NCBI GenBank assembly: GCA_963702205.1
Contig: OY969724.1
Location: 1-64,000, forward strand
Length of the DNA stretch: 64,000 bases
Direction: 5' to 3'
DNA from: an uncultured candidate division Zixibacteria bacterium
Lineage (GTDB): Bacteria > Zixibacteria > MSB-5A5 > GN15 > PGXB01
The position numbers and the translations under genes were made by a program. Shown here piece by piece: positions 8,845 to 19,997 of this stretch (its first letter is position 1; the number at the start of each line of letters is the position of its first letter). Under the pieces are notes generated by a model that saw only the letters and a program-made list of their open reading frames with translations, searched no databases and was not told where the DNA came from.

Positions 8845-10554
8845 TTATATTTTTTCCTTTATCTTTCTGTAAAGTGTCTGCCTGCTTATACCCAAAAGCC
8901 TGGCTGCCATCGCCTTGTTTCCTTCCGCCTGCTTCAGTGCATCAGTGATCTTTTGCGCCTCACCGGATTCAATATCGCCCGGGCGCGTGTTTATGGTGCC
9001 GCTGTGCTCTCTTATTTCCGGTGGAACATGATCTATTGTTATTACATTATCATGGCACAGTACAAAGGCGTGCTCTATTGCATGCTCCAACTCCCTTATG
9101 TTTCCCGGCCAGGGATATCTCATAAAGGCCTTAAGCACATCATTGGTAACCCCCTCAATGGGCTTTCCGAATTTAGTATTAAAGAGGTCGCAGAAATGGA
9201 TGACCAGCAGTTCGATATCTTCTCTTCTTTCACGTAAAGGAGGAATGACAATCTCAACAACCTTTAGCCGGTAATAAAGGTCTTCTCTGAATTCTCCATT
9301 CTCGACCTTATGTTTCAAGGGTTGATTGGTGCTTGTTATTACCCTGACATCAACCTTTACCGGATGAGAGTCTCCAACCCTTTCAATCTCCTTTTCCTGG
9401 ATGACCCGCAACAGCTTCAACTGTACAGAAGGAGCTATGTCGCCTATTTCATCCAGAAATATGGTCCCCTGATCGGCGGCCTCGAAACGCCCTATCTTGT
9501 TCTTTAAAGCCCCGGTAAATGCCCCCTTCACATGTCCGAACAACTCACTTTCAAGCAGGTTTTCTGCGAGGGCCGAGCAGTTTACAGTAATCATCTGCCT
9601 GAATGATCTGGGGCCGCTGTAATGAAGCGCCTTTGCAATAAGTTCTTTGCCCGTGCCGCTTTCGCCTGTAATAAGAACGGTAGTATCTGTCCGGGCAAGA
9701 TCCTCAAGCAGCCTGTATATCTCCTGCATCCGGCTGCTTTTACCTATTATATTCTGGAATTGATGGCGTTCCCTTAATTCGTTTTCAAGATCATTGAGCC
9801 TTGTTACATCCCTTATGACGAGTACTGCGCCGATTGATTCATCATTCTTATTGATAAGCGGAGAACTTGTAACGGAAACTACCTGATGTATCTGCTCCTG
9901 TTGTCTGCACTCTATTCGTGATTCACGTATTGTCGTCTGGCTTTTCAATGTTTCCATCAGGATATTCTTGCAGGCATTGCTGCAGTGGCTGTCTACAGCG
10001 GATATGTTTTTGCCTGTCAGGTCCCTGGCGGTAACTTTACAAATCTTTTCTACCGCATCATTGGCCTCAATCACAGTCATGTCAGGTGCAAATGTAATTA
10101 TTCCATCATTTACACTCCTGAATATGGCCTCAAGATTGTTTCTGATCCTCTCATTTTCCGTTTCTATCGATCTCTTTAGATCAACCAGGGCCTTATGGTC
10201 CAGTGCAAGTTGTGTCGATCTTAAGAGGGGAGCCTTATAAATGGGCTTGAGCAGGTAGTCAAAGGCCCCGAGCCTTACAGCTTCGGTTGTTGTCTTGATG
10301 CTTGGATTGCCTGTCATCATGATTACCGGGCAGTTTAATCCAAGCTCCTTTACCTTGCTCAGGATTTCTATACCCGTGTGTCCTTTGAGGATAAGGTCTG
10401 CAAAAATCAGATCCAGGGTATTTTTTTCAATTATTTCGATGGCCGTAGAATAATCTTTGGAAGTGAAAACCTCATGGCCTTCACTGGTAAGGTGCATTTT
10501 AAACGTGAATCTTATGCTCTCTTCGTCATCAATTACCAGTATCTTGGCGCCCAT
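8845..10554 (-). CDS. Sigma-54-dependent activator (REC-PAS-AAA+-Fis HTH)
   Basis: GESGTGKE, ESELFGHVKGAFTGA, FLDEI, FREDLYYRL, WPGNIREL, LGISRQTLYRK. Confidence 0.95.
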   Translation of the reverse strand: MGAKILVIDDEESIRFTFKMHLTSEGHEVFTSKDYSTAIEIIEKNTLDLIFADLILKGHTGIEILSKVKELGLNCPVIMMTGNPSIKTTTEAVRLGAFDYLLKPIYKAPLLRSTQLALDHKALVDLKRSIETENERIRNNLEAIFRSVNDGIITFAPDMTVIEANDAVEKICKVTARDLTGKNISAVDSHCSNACKNILMETLKSQTTIRESRIECRQQEQIHQVVSVTSSPLINKNDESIGAVLVIRDVTRLNDLENELRERHQFQNIIGKSSRMQEIYRLLEDLARTDTTVLITGESGTGKELIAKALHYSGPRSFRQMITVNCSALAENLLESELFGHVKGAFTGALKNKIGRFEAADQGTIFLDEIGDIAPSVQLKLLRVIQEKEIERVGDSHPVKVDVRVITSTNQPLKHKVENGEFREDLYYRLKVVEIVIPPLRERREDIELLVIHFCDLFNTKFGKPIEGVTNDVLKAFMRYPWPGNIRELEHAIEHAFVLCHDNVITIDHVPPEIREHSGTINTRPGDIESGEAQKITDALKQAEGNKAMAARLLGISRQTLYRKIKEKI

Positions 10555-12310
10555 TTTGTTCTGCCTTCGGAGATCTGCTAAAAAAGAAGATATTGTCAAC
10601 CTTTGTTGATAGGAACCTGCAAATTTCAGGATTAAGATAAATGGAAGAAAAAATAACCGATTGACCTTTGGAATCATTAAATAGTATTCCCGTGATTACG
10701 AGTTTTATATTCCCGTTGCTGCCTTTGGGAAGGGCATAAAAGGTGTGTTCATGGTTATCGAATTGTATCCCTAAAAAACCTAGTAATTTTTCAGTAAGTT
10801 TATAGAGATCCTGCTCGCCTGCAAGGGAAAGCACGGAAAAACCGTGGTCTTTTAACAGGCTGATTACGTCATCTCCAAGACCTTTCAGATCGATGATACA
10901 ATCCTTTCCTTTTCTTTTGAAAGAGTAGTCCGCTTTTATAACCAGGTTAAAATCGGAATCTTCTTCTTTGTATACCGGGATATCCAGGCCGCCTGAATAT
11001 ATCTGGTCAGCCAGTTCAAGGACCTTTTCTATAACATTGTTTTTGCTTTCATCAAGGCTGACCGCATTCGGGCGTGAAGGCATGTCCTTTTCTTCCTTCG
11101 GCTCGGGGTAATCGATCAGCTTTACGCCATGATTCATAAGAAAATTTTTCAGAGGGGGAGGGAAAGCCGCAGCGCCTTTACCGGTCACGTTCAGGCATAC
11201 TATGTTTTGATCGGTTTTCGATGCATCCGGTAATAACCTTATTATCCAGTCGGCTGTTATTTCTATCTTGAAACCCTCTTCAAGCACAAGGCTTTCATCC
11301 TTTGTATATACCTTGTTATAACCGCAGGCCGATATCACCTTGCCGACTGTGGTCATTAGGTCATCGTTTTCGGTTATGTGGACTATGTGGTAATAGGCCC
11401 AGCTCGACCTTATCAGTTCGGCCATCCTGTCAGGAAGATTGTTGTATAAATCGACTATTACCTTTTCGCCGTTCCTTACATTGATTATCGGATAGGTCTC
11501 TGCGTTCAGGTCAATTTGTCCACCCGTTTTCAGAGGGATAAACTGTTTCCCCTGATCCACCCATTCTTCACCAATCAGGGTAAATATTTCTTTCAGGCTG
11601 TCTCCCTTTTCTTTGTTGATCTGTCTAATGGCCTCATCGTTCGGTTCGGGTTTTTGGGGCTTTTCTTCAATGGTGCCCTTTACAACCCTGGGTGAATATA
11701 TCGGCAGCCGTACCTTCTGCCCGGGGTATATATTGTTCAAGTCTTTGATATCAGGGTTGAGCTTTTTAAACCGGTCAAGATATTCGTTGTAAAGGTTTTT
11801 TTCGGGTATGGAGTATTTTTTATTTATTACCCTGATAATGCTGTCACCGGGCCTGACTGTGTAGTATTCAAGATTTTTAATGTCTTCCAGCGGAATGGCT
11901 TCAGCAGCGGCAATTTTTTCGGGTTTTTCCTTATTTGTTGCCGGTGTAATAACAAGAGGTATTATAATCTTTTCCCCCGGGTGAATAAGATCAATATTTG
12001 AAAGGGAAGGGTTCAGTTTTTTCAGGACAGACAGCACTTCACCGAGATTGTTTTTTCCCAGTGCATTTTTATTTCTCAGGATTTTCCATATATGGTCACC
12101 ATTCCGGGCTACATAGGCTTCAGTAAGTATTTTTTTATTATCCAGTTCAACAATTTCCTTTGCAACTTCAGCTGTTTGCACGAGATTGATCGAGTATGTG
12201 TCTTCATTTTTCTCATCTTCTGCTGATACAGGAGCAATGAAGAGATTTAAAGAGGCGGCAACTATGGACAAAAATATCAGGCAATAATTTCTATATTTAT
12301 TTCGCGTCAA
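10529..12310 (-). CDS. Secreted LysM-domain protein
   Basis: Signal peptide; two LysM-like repeats (NGDHIWKI...LIHPGEKI and VRPGDSI...NIYPGQKV). Confidence 0.8.
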   Translation of the reverse strand: MTRNKYRNYCLIFLSIVAASLNLFIAPVSAEDEKNEDTYSINLVQTAEVAKEIVELDNKKILTEAYVARNGDHIWKILRNKNALGKNNLGEVLSVLKKLNPSLSNIDLIHPGEKIIIPLVITPATNKEKPEKIAAAEAIPLEDIKNLEYYTVRPGDSIIRVINKKYSIPEKNLYNEYLDRFKKLNPDIKDLNNIYPGQKVRLPIYSPRVVKGTIEEKPQKPEPNDEAIRQINKEKGDSLKEIFTLIGEEWVDQGKQFIPLKTGGQIDLNAETYPIINVRNGEKVIVDLYNNLPDRMAELIRSSWAYYHIVHITENDDLMTTVGKVISACGYNKVYTKDESLVLEEGFKIEITADWIIRLLPDASKTDQNIVCLNVTGKGAAAFPPPLKNFLMNHGVKLIDYPEPKEEKDMPSRPNAVSLDESKNNVIEKVLELADQIYSGGLDIPVYKEEDSDFNLVIKADYSFKRKGKDCIIDLKGLGDDVISLLKDHGFSVLSLAGEQDLYKLTEKLLGFLGIQFDNHEHTFYALPKGSNGNIKLVITGILFNDSKGQSVIFSSIYLNPEICRFLSTKVDNIFFFSRSPKAEQNGRQDTGN

Positions 12311-12343
12311 CTCGATCTCCGGGGAATATCAGGGTAGTTAGCT

Positions 12344-12497
12344 AGTGCCCATCCAGAAACGGCCCTTTTGAACAATCTCCGCGTCACACTCAGATTGTAA
12401 TCCTCAAAATACTTAAATGTATTTCCCGCCGGTGGCGGGATTACAATCTTCGCGTTCCTTGACCTTGTCCAAAATTTCTCGTTTCTGGATGGACACT
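12344..12497. repeat. MITE-like palindromic element
   Basis: TIRs AGTGCCCATCCAGAAAC / GTTTCTGGATGGACACT; inner stem AGATTGTAATCC / GGATTACAATCT. Confidence 0.75.
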
Positions 12498-12745
12498 GCT
12501 ATAAATCCGGCCTCTATAAAAATTTAAGTCAAAACAGAAATTTATACCGGTTTTTTTCATTCTAGATAGTTATTTTGAAATATGTCAACGTTTTTCTCAA
12601 TATTGATAAAAAATATACTATATATTGGCCGTAATATGTTTTATTGTACATCATGTAGTATTTTGTCCTTTACAATTTCTATTATTGATGTTAGCTTCAT
12701 TCCGGTTTATAAGGTCATATCTCAAGCAAATAAAAGGAGGCCCTT

Positions 12746-15700
12746 ATGAAAATAAAAAGGCTCTCTATCATGGGTTTTAAATCCTTCAAGGACAAGGTCG
12801 ATATCCCGTTTCCGGGAGGAATAAGCGCAGTCGTTGGGCCGAATGGGTGCGGAAAAAGCAATATTGCCGATGCAATCCGCTGGGCAATGGGAGAACAGAG
12901 TGCAAGGCAGTTGCGCGGGCGCAACATGGAAGATGTAATTTTTAGCGGTGCAGGCGATTTTAAGCCCCTCGGCATGGCCGAGGTTTCCCTTGTGTTTGAA
13001 AACGGGAACGGTTCCTTTCCGGCAGAATTTGCCGATGAACATGAGATTTCCGTAACAAGGCGTCTTTACCGTTCCGGTGAGAGTGAATATATGCTCAACA
13101 ATGTTCCGTGCAGGCTCAAGGATGTCCACGAGATATTTATGGATACAGGCCTCGGAAACAAGAGCTATTCAATAATAAGCCAGGGAAGGATAGGGTCCAT
13201 TGTCGAGCAGAGACCAGAAGAAACAAGGCTTATGATTGAAGAGGCTGCCGGCATCACACGTTTTAAAAAGAAGGAGGCCGAGGCACGCAGAAAGCTTGGG
13301 CTTACAAAGGAAAACCTGAAGCGGGTTGAGGATATCCTGGCCGAGGTTTTAACCCAGATGAGATCTCTTAAGAGGCAGGCCGGGAAGGCAATCAGATATA
13401 AGGAAATAGGCCAGGAAATCCGCAGGCTTGAACTCGTGTTGAACTCCAACCTGTATAATGAACTTATTTCCGCCTCAGGTGAAAATAAAAAATCTACCGA
13501 TGTCCTTATTGATAATGAGGTTACACTCACAACCACCCTGTCCGCTATACAGGGCAAAATAGAGAGCATGAACCTTGAACTGGACGAGAAGGACCAGATA
13601 ATCGGAAGGCTGAACAATACATACCTGTCCCTGAAGGAGGAATTTGCAAAAAAGGAATCCACCCTTGAATCCCTGGCAAAGGAAAAGGAGATGCAGGCCG
13701 GTCTTGAGGAACGCCATAACAGGGAGATCGAAGAAATCCGGAGAAGGCTTGTCAATCTTGGAGAAGAAAAGACCCTGCTCCAGGAAAAGATTGAAAAACT
13801 CAGAGAGGACGCACGGGTGTGCCAGGAGGAGATAAGCGTAATTGAAGGCAGGATGAAGGGCAGGAAGGATCTTTTAACCGAGATAAAGGAAGAGTATGAA
13901 GTTACGCGTACAAGGGTGAATACAGGCGTTTCAAAGGAGGCCGGACTGAGCAAGGAACTGGACTATCTCAATAAGAGGATCGCTGAAATAACCGACAGAA
14001 AGGCAAGAATTGAAAGCGAGAAAGATGAGATAGACGCCAATATTAAGACCCTTTCCGCAACCTCTGTAAAAAAGGGAGAACTCAGGGAGGCATTATCCGC
14101 CAAATTAAACGATATAACAAACGACATACGTGAAAAGGAACAGCATTCCACCGAGCTTGAGGCCATCAGGAAGTCGGCGGAAAATGAACTCAAAACAGTA
14201 GAGAATGAATACAACAGCGTCAAGACGAGGTTGTCCAGCCTGAAGTCCCTGAATGAAAATTTTGAAGGGTATCAGGTTGGTGTCAGGACCATAATGAAGG
14301 CTCAGGACCTTGCGGCCAAAAATGAAGGCAGGGTATTGGGCCTTGTTGCGGACGTGATCAAGGTCGACCCCAAATACGAACAGGCAGTAGAGGCAGTGCT
14401 GGCAGACAGGCTCCAGTACATACTGGTAGAAAATCACGAAGACGGCAAGGACGCAGTCAGATATCTCAAGGAAAAGGCAAGGGGCCGTGGCAGTTTTATT
14501 TCTGTCACTGATATCAACGGAAACGCGAATGGCAATGGCCACAATGGATTTCCGCTGCTCAGGGATGTCATTACCGTATCCGAAAAATACAAACCCGTCG
14601 TCAACATGCTTCTGGGTGATATCTCCCTGGCCGAAAACCTCGATCAGGCGGTTGATGCCTGGAGGAGCAACGGAAGGAATACCACTCTTGTAACGCCTGA
14701 TGGAGATCAGATCGATAGAAACGGTATAATCAGTGGAGGTAAGCTGGGTGCGCACGGGCTCCTCGCCAAAAAAAGGGAGATCACCGAGCTTGAGGAAAAG
14801 GTAGCCGAATTAACAAAAAAGGTTGCCGAAACAAAGGATCGTCTGGATGAGATGCTGCTTCAGGAAGAAGAAATGAGGGTAAGCCTTTCCAGGCTAAGGG
14901 AAGAAAAAAATAATTGCCAGGATCAGTTGAACGAGCTGGACAGGGTAATATTCCAGCTGAGTAATAAACTGGATCAGTTTGAAAGACTTTCCGAAAGACT
15001 CCAGAAGGAACTCGAAGAAAGAATCAATGAAGAGGCCAAGCATAATGATGCGATCAGCAGAAATAAAGATGAGCTGATCCAGTGCGGGGAGAAAAAGCAG
15101 AAGGAAGAAGAGTTTCTTTTGCAGAAGAAGAGGGAGCTTGACGAATGCGAAAGGGAATTTGACGAGATCCGCGAAGAACTTGAAACAACAAAGATGAAAT
15201 TTCGTGTTTCGGTAGAAGAAGGCAAGGGGTTTACAAGGGAAATCGAGAGGATCGATAATTATTACGAAGAATCCCAGTTCAAGCTGGACAAGATTGCAGA
15301 AGATATAAAGGAATGTCAGGCAAAACAGCGGGCCTTTAACGAAAGGGAAGAGGTCCTGAGGGAGAATATCAGCAAGTACTATGAAAAACTCAAAGACGCA
15401 AAAGAAATGGTCGATGATGCCCAGCAGGAGCGGAACCTGTTTCATGGGGAGATGCGTGAAAATGAGAAGAAGCTGGAAGGACTGAGGGAAGAGCTGAATA
15501 TCCTGAAGGAAAAAATAAACATTACAAGGATGGAGCAGTCCAAGCTGGAAGTAAGAATGGAGAATCTGGCAGAGCATGTCAGGGAGAGGGCGAACCAGAG
15601 CTTAAGCGAGATCTACAGGGATTATCTCGATGAAAACTACAATGAGCAGGAAACCAGGGAGCAGTTAGAACGTCAGAAGGACCAGCGTGAAAAGCTCGGA

Positions 15701-16303
15701 GAGGTAAACCTTATGGCTATACAGGAGCATGAAGTGCAGAAGGAGCGGTATGAATTTATCCTGAAACAGAAAGAGGATCTTGTGAACTCATCAGAAGCTA
15801 TCATGCAGGCTATAAGAAAGATAAACAAGACATGCCTTGAAAGGTTTACCACTACCTTTGCAGAAATCAATATGCAGTTGCAGAATGTCTTTCCAATCCT
15901 TTTCAACGGCGGGCAGGCATCTTTAAAACTGACCGATGAATCCAATCCCCTTGAAAGCGGGGTCCTTGTCGAGGTTCGTCCTCCGGGTAAAAAAGTAAGC
16001 CATATGGGGCTCCTTTCCGGCGGTGAAAAGGCCCTTGTTGCCATGGCCCTGCTGTTTGCCATTTACCTGATAAAACCAAGTCCGTTCTGTCTGCTGGATG
16101 AGGTGGACGCCCCGCTCGATGAGGCAAACGTGGACCGGTTTAATGATCTCTTAATGGAGATCAAGAAGTATTCCCAGGTGCTGATGATAACCCATAACCG
16201 CCGTTCCATGGAAATCGTGGACAGCCTGTTCGGTGTCACGATGGAAAACGCGGGCGTTTCCAAGATGGTCGCAGTCAACCTGAATGCGAATATAAACAAT
16301 TAA
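12746..16303 (+). CDS. smc: Chromosome segregation protein SMC
   Basis: GPNGCGKSN Walker A, coiled coils, hinge, LSGGEK signature, LLDEVDAPLD. Confidence 0.97.
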   Translation: MKIKRLSIMGFKSFKDKVDIPFPGGISAVVGPNGCGKSNIADAIRWAMGEQSARQLRGRNMEDVIFSGAGDFKPLGMAEVSLVFENGNGSFPAEFADEHEISVTRRLYRSGESEYMLNNVPCRLKDVHEIFMDTGLGNKSYSIISQGRIGSIVEQRPEETRLMIEEAAGITRFKKKEAEARRKLGLTKENLKRVEDILAEVLTQMRSLKRQAGKAIRYKEIGQEIRRLELVLNSNLYNELISASGENKKSTDVLIDNEVTLTTTLSAIQGKIESMNLELDEKDQIIGRLNNTYLSLKEEFAKKESTLESLAKEKEMQAGLEERHNREIEEIRRRLVNLGEEKTLLQEKIEKLREDARVCQEEISVIEGRMKGRKDLLTEIKEEYEVTRTRVNTGVSKEAGLSKELDYLNKRIAEITDRKARIESEKDEIDANIKTLSATSVKKGELREALSAKLNDITNDIREKEQHSTELEAIRKSAENELKTVENEYNSVKTRLSSLKSLNENFEGYQVGVRTIMKAQDLAAKNEGRVLGLVADVIKVDPKYEQAVEAVLADRLQYILVENHEDGKDAVRYLKEKARGRGSFISVTDINGNANGNGHNGFPLLRDVITVSEKYKPVVNMLLGDISLAENLDQAVDAWRSNGRNTTLVTPDGDQIDRNGIISGGKLGAHGLLAKKREITELEEKVAELTKKVAETKDRLDEMLLQEEEMRVSLSRLREEKNNCQDQLNELDRVIFQLSNKLDQFERLSERLQKELEERINEEAKHNDAISRNKDELIQCGEKKQKEEEFLLQKKRELDECEREFDEIREELETTKMKFRVSVEEGKGFTREIERIDNYYEESQFKLDKIAEDIKECQAKQRAFNEREEVLRENISKYYEKLKDAKEMVDDAQQERNLFHGEMRENEKKLEGLREELNILKEKINITRMEQSKLEVRMENLAEHVRERANQSLSEIYRDYLDENYNEQETREQLERQKDQREKLGEVNLMAIQEHEVQKERYEFILKQKEDLVNSSEAIMQAIRKINKTCLERFTTTFAEINMQLQNVFPILFNGGQASLKLTDESNPLESGVLVEVRPPGKKVSHMGLLSGGEKALVAMALLFAIYLIKPSPFCLLDEVDAPLDEANVDRFNDLLMEIKKYSQVLMITHNRRSMEIVDSLFGVTMENAGVSKMVAVNLNANINN

Positions 16304-16346
16304 AAAAACAGGCAGTCATGCAGAATTATGCATGACTGCCTGTTTT
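16304..16346. terminator. Intrinsic terminator after smc
   Basis: AAAACAGGCAGTCATGCA-gaatta-TGCATGACTGCCTGTTTT perfect hairpin. Confidence 0.85.
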
Positions 16347-16361
16347 ATCTTTTCTGTCATT

Positions 16362-16646
16362 CCATATACCGGAAGCGAGATAAAAAAGATTAGACCTGTA
16401 GTGATTGTCAGCCAGGATGAGATGAATAAATATCTCGAAACCGTGGTAGTGTGTCCTCTGACTTCTAAATTGCATCCGCAATGGAGGAGTAGGATACAGA
16501 TTAAATGCGTTAAAAAAAATGCAGAAATAGCAGTTGGTCAGATCCGCACTATCAGTAAACAGAGATTAAAAAATAAAATAGACCAATTATCCGACAATAA
16601 AGCTGCCCAGTTGAGAAAACTCATTACCGATATGTATGGTGAATAA
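16362..16646 (+). pseudogene. PemK/MazF toxin, 5'-truncated
   Basis: GSEIKKIRPVVIVS, VCPLTS, QIRTISKQRL; the ORF's ATG lies inside the terminator and the native N-terminus is missing. Confidence 0.75.
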
Positions 16647-17299
16647 CAGTTTTTTCATATCCGGCATATGCAAAGTCGATCGACTTCTCGTATAAAACTT
16701 CATTTAATATTACAGGACACGGATGCACACAGATCTTTCATTTTTTTAATTTTTAAATCCTGAAAATCAGTGTTAATCAGTGTCCAATTTTTTGCTTTTC
16801 CTGACCTCCCTGGCACGGCGTAAAATAAGTGGAGCCGGCTGACTTCCCTGTCCACTGTAGTCTTGACGAAGGTGGATGCCTTCTTGAAAGTTTCTTGCCC
16901 AACCAAAATTTTTCTGCTAAAAGCAAATCATTCAAAAATTAAAACTTTTCCAATTAGTTAAACATGTATTAAAAAAAATATTTAAAAATCGGCCACAGAA
17001 AGCCTAAATAGCTGTTGGCTCAAAATTTGATTTTATTTGCCTATTATCATTCACTATTACTTTTTCGACAGAATAGAAAAAGAGTAAGCCAGCAAAGGGT
17101 ATTACTACTGAAACAGAGTGCGACTTCCCAAAATCAAATGGACAAATTAATTTCCAAAAATTAAAAGTACTCGCAACGGATAGTGCTTTAGCTATCGTTT
17201 TTTAAGAATTGATAAATTTACACTGCTGCCCCAGGAAGAATATAAAACAAAAACAGATGTCCTGAATCATCTGCTTGAGAGGAGCTTCTCTGCCTGATT

Positions 17300-18049
17300 A
17301 TGGTTAATGACAGCAAAAAACTGGCTAAACTTGTCAGTACCGGGGAAGGTTATACTATTGAGTTTAAATCCTCGCCCTCTCACATTGCCAGAGAAATCTG
17401 CGCCTTTGCAAATGCAGCAGGCGGTTATATCCTTGTTGGAATTAATGATCAGGGTGAAATAACAGGGGTTAGAGACACTAATAAAACCATTTCAAATAGA
17501 GGTATGGAACCCTGGAGGTTTGGTCCCCGGACTCAGGTTAAAGGACCTCGGGCGCGTAAGCCGCCCAAGAAACCTGCTCCTTTTCTCACTTATGGCACGG
17601 ATGGATCTGGTTGCGGAGGTTGGCTCAGGAATTAAACGCATCCGGGATGCAATATCATCTTATGGTCTGCAACCGCCAATTATAGAGACAGATGGTGACT
17701 GGTTCTCCATCACCTTCAGACGCAAAGGGATGGATGAAGCCATTGAACAGGTACAAAAGGATCTTACTCCCATAGAAATGGATAGTATTGAAGCAGAAAA
17801 AAAGAAAAAAACGACCTGCTGGAATTCATCTGGCATTCTCCTGGTCTTCGGACTGCTCAGATCTCCAAAGCCTTTGATATTCCTGTTCGAACACTGCAAC
17901 GAAGGCTTAAGGAACTTACTGAATCGAACAGAATTGAATTCAGGGGCAGTCTAAAAACAGGCGGATACCATGTAATTGATTGGAAAACTGGCGGAGTAAA
18001 TGGCACTGTAACTGGCGGAGTAAATGGGGGAGTAAATGTGTTATTTTAA
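17300..18049 (+). pseudogene. Schlafen/AlbA_2 + HATPase-like + HTH protein with internal deletion and frameshifts
   Basis: EGYTIEFK...ICAFANAAGG joined near 17495 to IEVWNPG...PRN...GSGIKRI; HTH tail (RTLQRRLKEL...RGSLKTGGY) in another frame. Confidence 0.75.
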
Positions 18050-18152
18050 TTCGCTGATCAGCTAGCTTTTAACAGCGTAACAACATAAAAGATTATAAAT
18101 ATTAAAATTCCCGGTTTATTCCTCAATAAACTCAATTCCCGATACAACAATC

Positions 18153-18377
18153 CTAAGCCTTCACTTCATCACTTTGGTCTGTATTTTTTGTTCTCAGTTT
18201 CATTGCCTTGTTACTGATTTCTTCTATAGAAAATTCCTCATCTATTCCTTGCCGCCATTTTGTGTAATCAAACGGCTCTCTCTGAATAAGAGCGATAAAC
18301 CTTTCGGCTTCAACATCACCAAGGTATTTAGCCAGGATTTTTAAACCTTTTAACCTGATCTCTGTATCGGTAATCAT
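18153..18377 (-). CDS. Small protein coupled to the PIN gene, putative antitoxin
   Basis: ATGA overlap with PIN gene; LGDVEAERFI...FDYTKWR. Confidence 0.7.
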   Translation of the reverse strand: MITDTEIRLKGLKILAKYLGDVEAERFIALIQREPFDYTKWRQGIDEEFSIEEISNKAMKLRTKNTDQSDEVKA

Positions 18378-18808
18378 GATAATACCTCCTTAATGAAACC
18401 AATCGGATCGTTAATATTTATATCTTTAACTGTGATTGACAGTTTCAGTATTTTGTCATCTGTTGTTAGAAAATAGTCACATTTTGAATTAATTGCACAG
18501 GCTAAATGTAATGAGTCTATTTTTGGAAAGCCTTTCTTATTTAAAGAAACGGCTGTCTCGATTAAAGTATTACTTTCTTTTACATCTTTATTAGCATATT
18601 TTTTCCACTCTGATATTCTATATTTTCTTTCAGCAAAAGGATTTTTATCATTTTCATAGTCCAGAATATAAGACCAGATCAGCTCTATATTTCCTGTCTG
18701 GATTTCTTCCTGAATTTTTAATTTCGCCTCTGATTCAAGTCTAATTCTGAGCTGAGATTGATCATCAAACGGGCGATTAAAACAGCAATTATCCAAATAT
18801 ATTTTCAT
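18374..18808 (-). CDS. PIN-domain (VapC-like) protein
   Basis: IYLDNCCFNRPFDD, DSLHLACA, FLTTD. Confidence 0.88.
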   Translation of the reverse strand: MKIYLDNCCFNRPFDDQSQLRIRLESEAKLKIQEEIQTGNIELIWSYILDYENDKNPFAERKYRISEWKKYANKDVKESNTLIETAVSLNKKGFPKIDSLHLACAINSKCDYFLTTDDKILKLSITVKDININDPIGFIKEVLS

Positions 18809-18943
18809 ATTAATCTTTTCTATTAACTGAATCCATTCTCAATGTTTAATAAAGGGCTGACATATTTAATGATAATTATATTGCCATAAAATAATATGTA
18901 AGTCTAGGGATAGGCCTGCTTAGGTTTGCATATAACCTTCCCG

Positions 18944-19997
18944 TCAGAAGAATTTGCCCTTTAACCTTATGAATTCATCTTTAACATTCTTTACATCCAT
19001 AATATTTTCAATCCCAAGCAGTTCACCAAGTTTTCTGGTAGTCAATACATCAATCTGGTCGAGAATAACCTTTGTAAAAAGAGGACTCAGTTCTTTGATG
19101 GCATTAACATATTCTCTCGGTTCATTCTGCATGTAGAGTATTTCTCCGATAGTAGGGAATTTCTTTTTTAAATTGGTGTCAGCTCCGCCGACTTTAAGAT
19201 TAAAATCCGGATTGATTGTTTGAATTCGTTTAATGATGCCGAATAATGCGTGGTAGTAGTTTTCTCCAAAGGTCTTGAGTTTATTGATTTGAATGGGGAT
19301 ATCCAGATCTTTAATAACATCGTAAACCATTTTTACATATTCGTCCGGGAACTGAATATGGCTTGCAACCATGTCACAAAACTCTTCTTCTGCTTCATCA
19401 AAACCTTCATTGATGCTAAGCTCGTCACGGATTGCATGGACGGCCTCATGTAAAAGAGGAAAAATCAAGTCAAGCACGTTTGTAGTATTGTTGACAAAAA
19501 CAACTCTGTGATCATTAATTTTTGTGTAGAAGGCATAGGCTTTAACCTTAGAGGAGAAGTCTCTGAAGATAATCTTGATGCCAAGATTTTTCATTAACGT
19601 AAATGTGTTTTTATAATCCGGAGGCAGGTCCCTATTTAAACATGCCTTTATCCTGAGATCCTCAGCAGCCTTATTAGCTGTTTCTGCAGACCTGCTTTTG
19701 CCTCTCATTACAGGAAGTATCCAGGGTTCAGGAGCATTTCTGAATAACAGGTCGTACTCCACATCTAAATCCAATGCATCCTTCTGCATGTCAGGAGTGA
19801 CTTTTGCGCTCTTTCTTGCCCTGTGGACAGGTACTGTAACTGACCCGCTGAAATCCTGAGAAAACAGGTAATCAGGATTAACATTAAATGTTTTGCATAG
19901 AAAGATTAAATGATTGCCCTTCGGGACCTGGCCGTTGATCCAGTCGTTTACAGTCTGCCTGGAGGCGGGAGTCCATAAGTATTTGTTATCAAAAAAT
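18944..19997 (-). pseudogene. Xre-HTH + ImmA/IrrE metallopeptidase with damaged 5' end
   Basis: HEAVH motif and EEEFCD; frame stays open upstream of 19789 through SRQTVNDWING (HTH helix) but has no start codon after the GGAGG. Confidence 0.7.

Noticed and set aside
13165..16299. Long antisense ORFs within smc, and similar ones in uvrB, the RND gene and the porin gene
   Set aside because: Shadow ORFs of real genes, with no RBS or recognisable motifs
17987..18037. GGCGGAGTAAAT tandem repeats
   Set aside because: Encode the low-complexity GGVN repeats typical of this pseudogene's family; not an independent element
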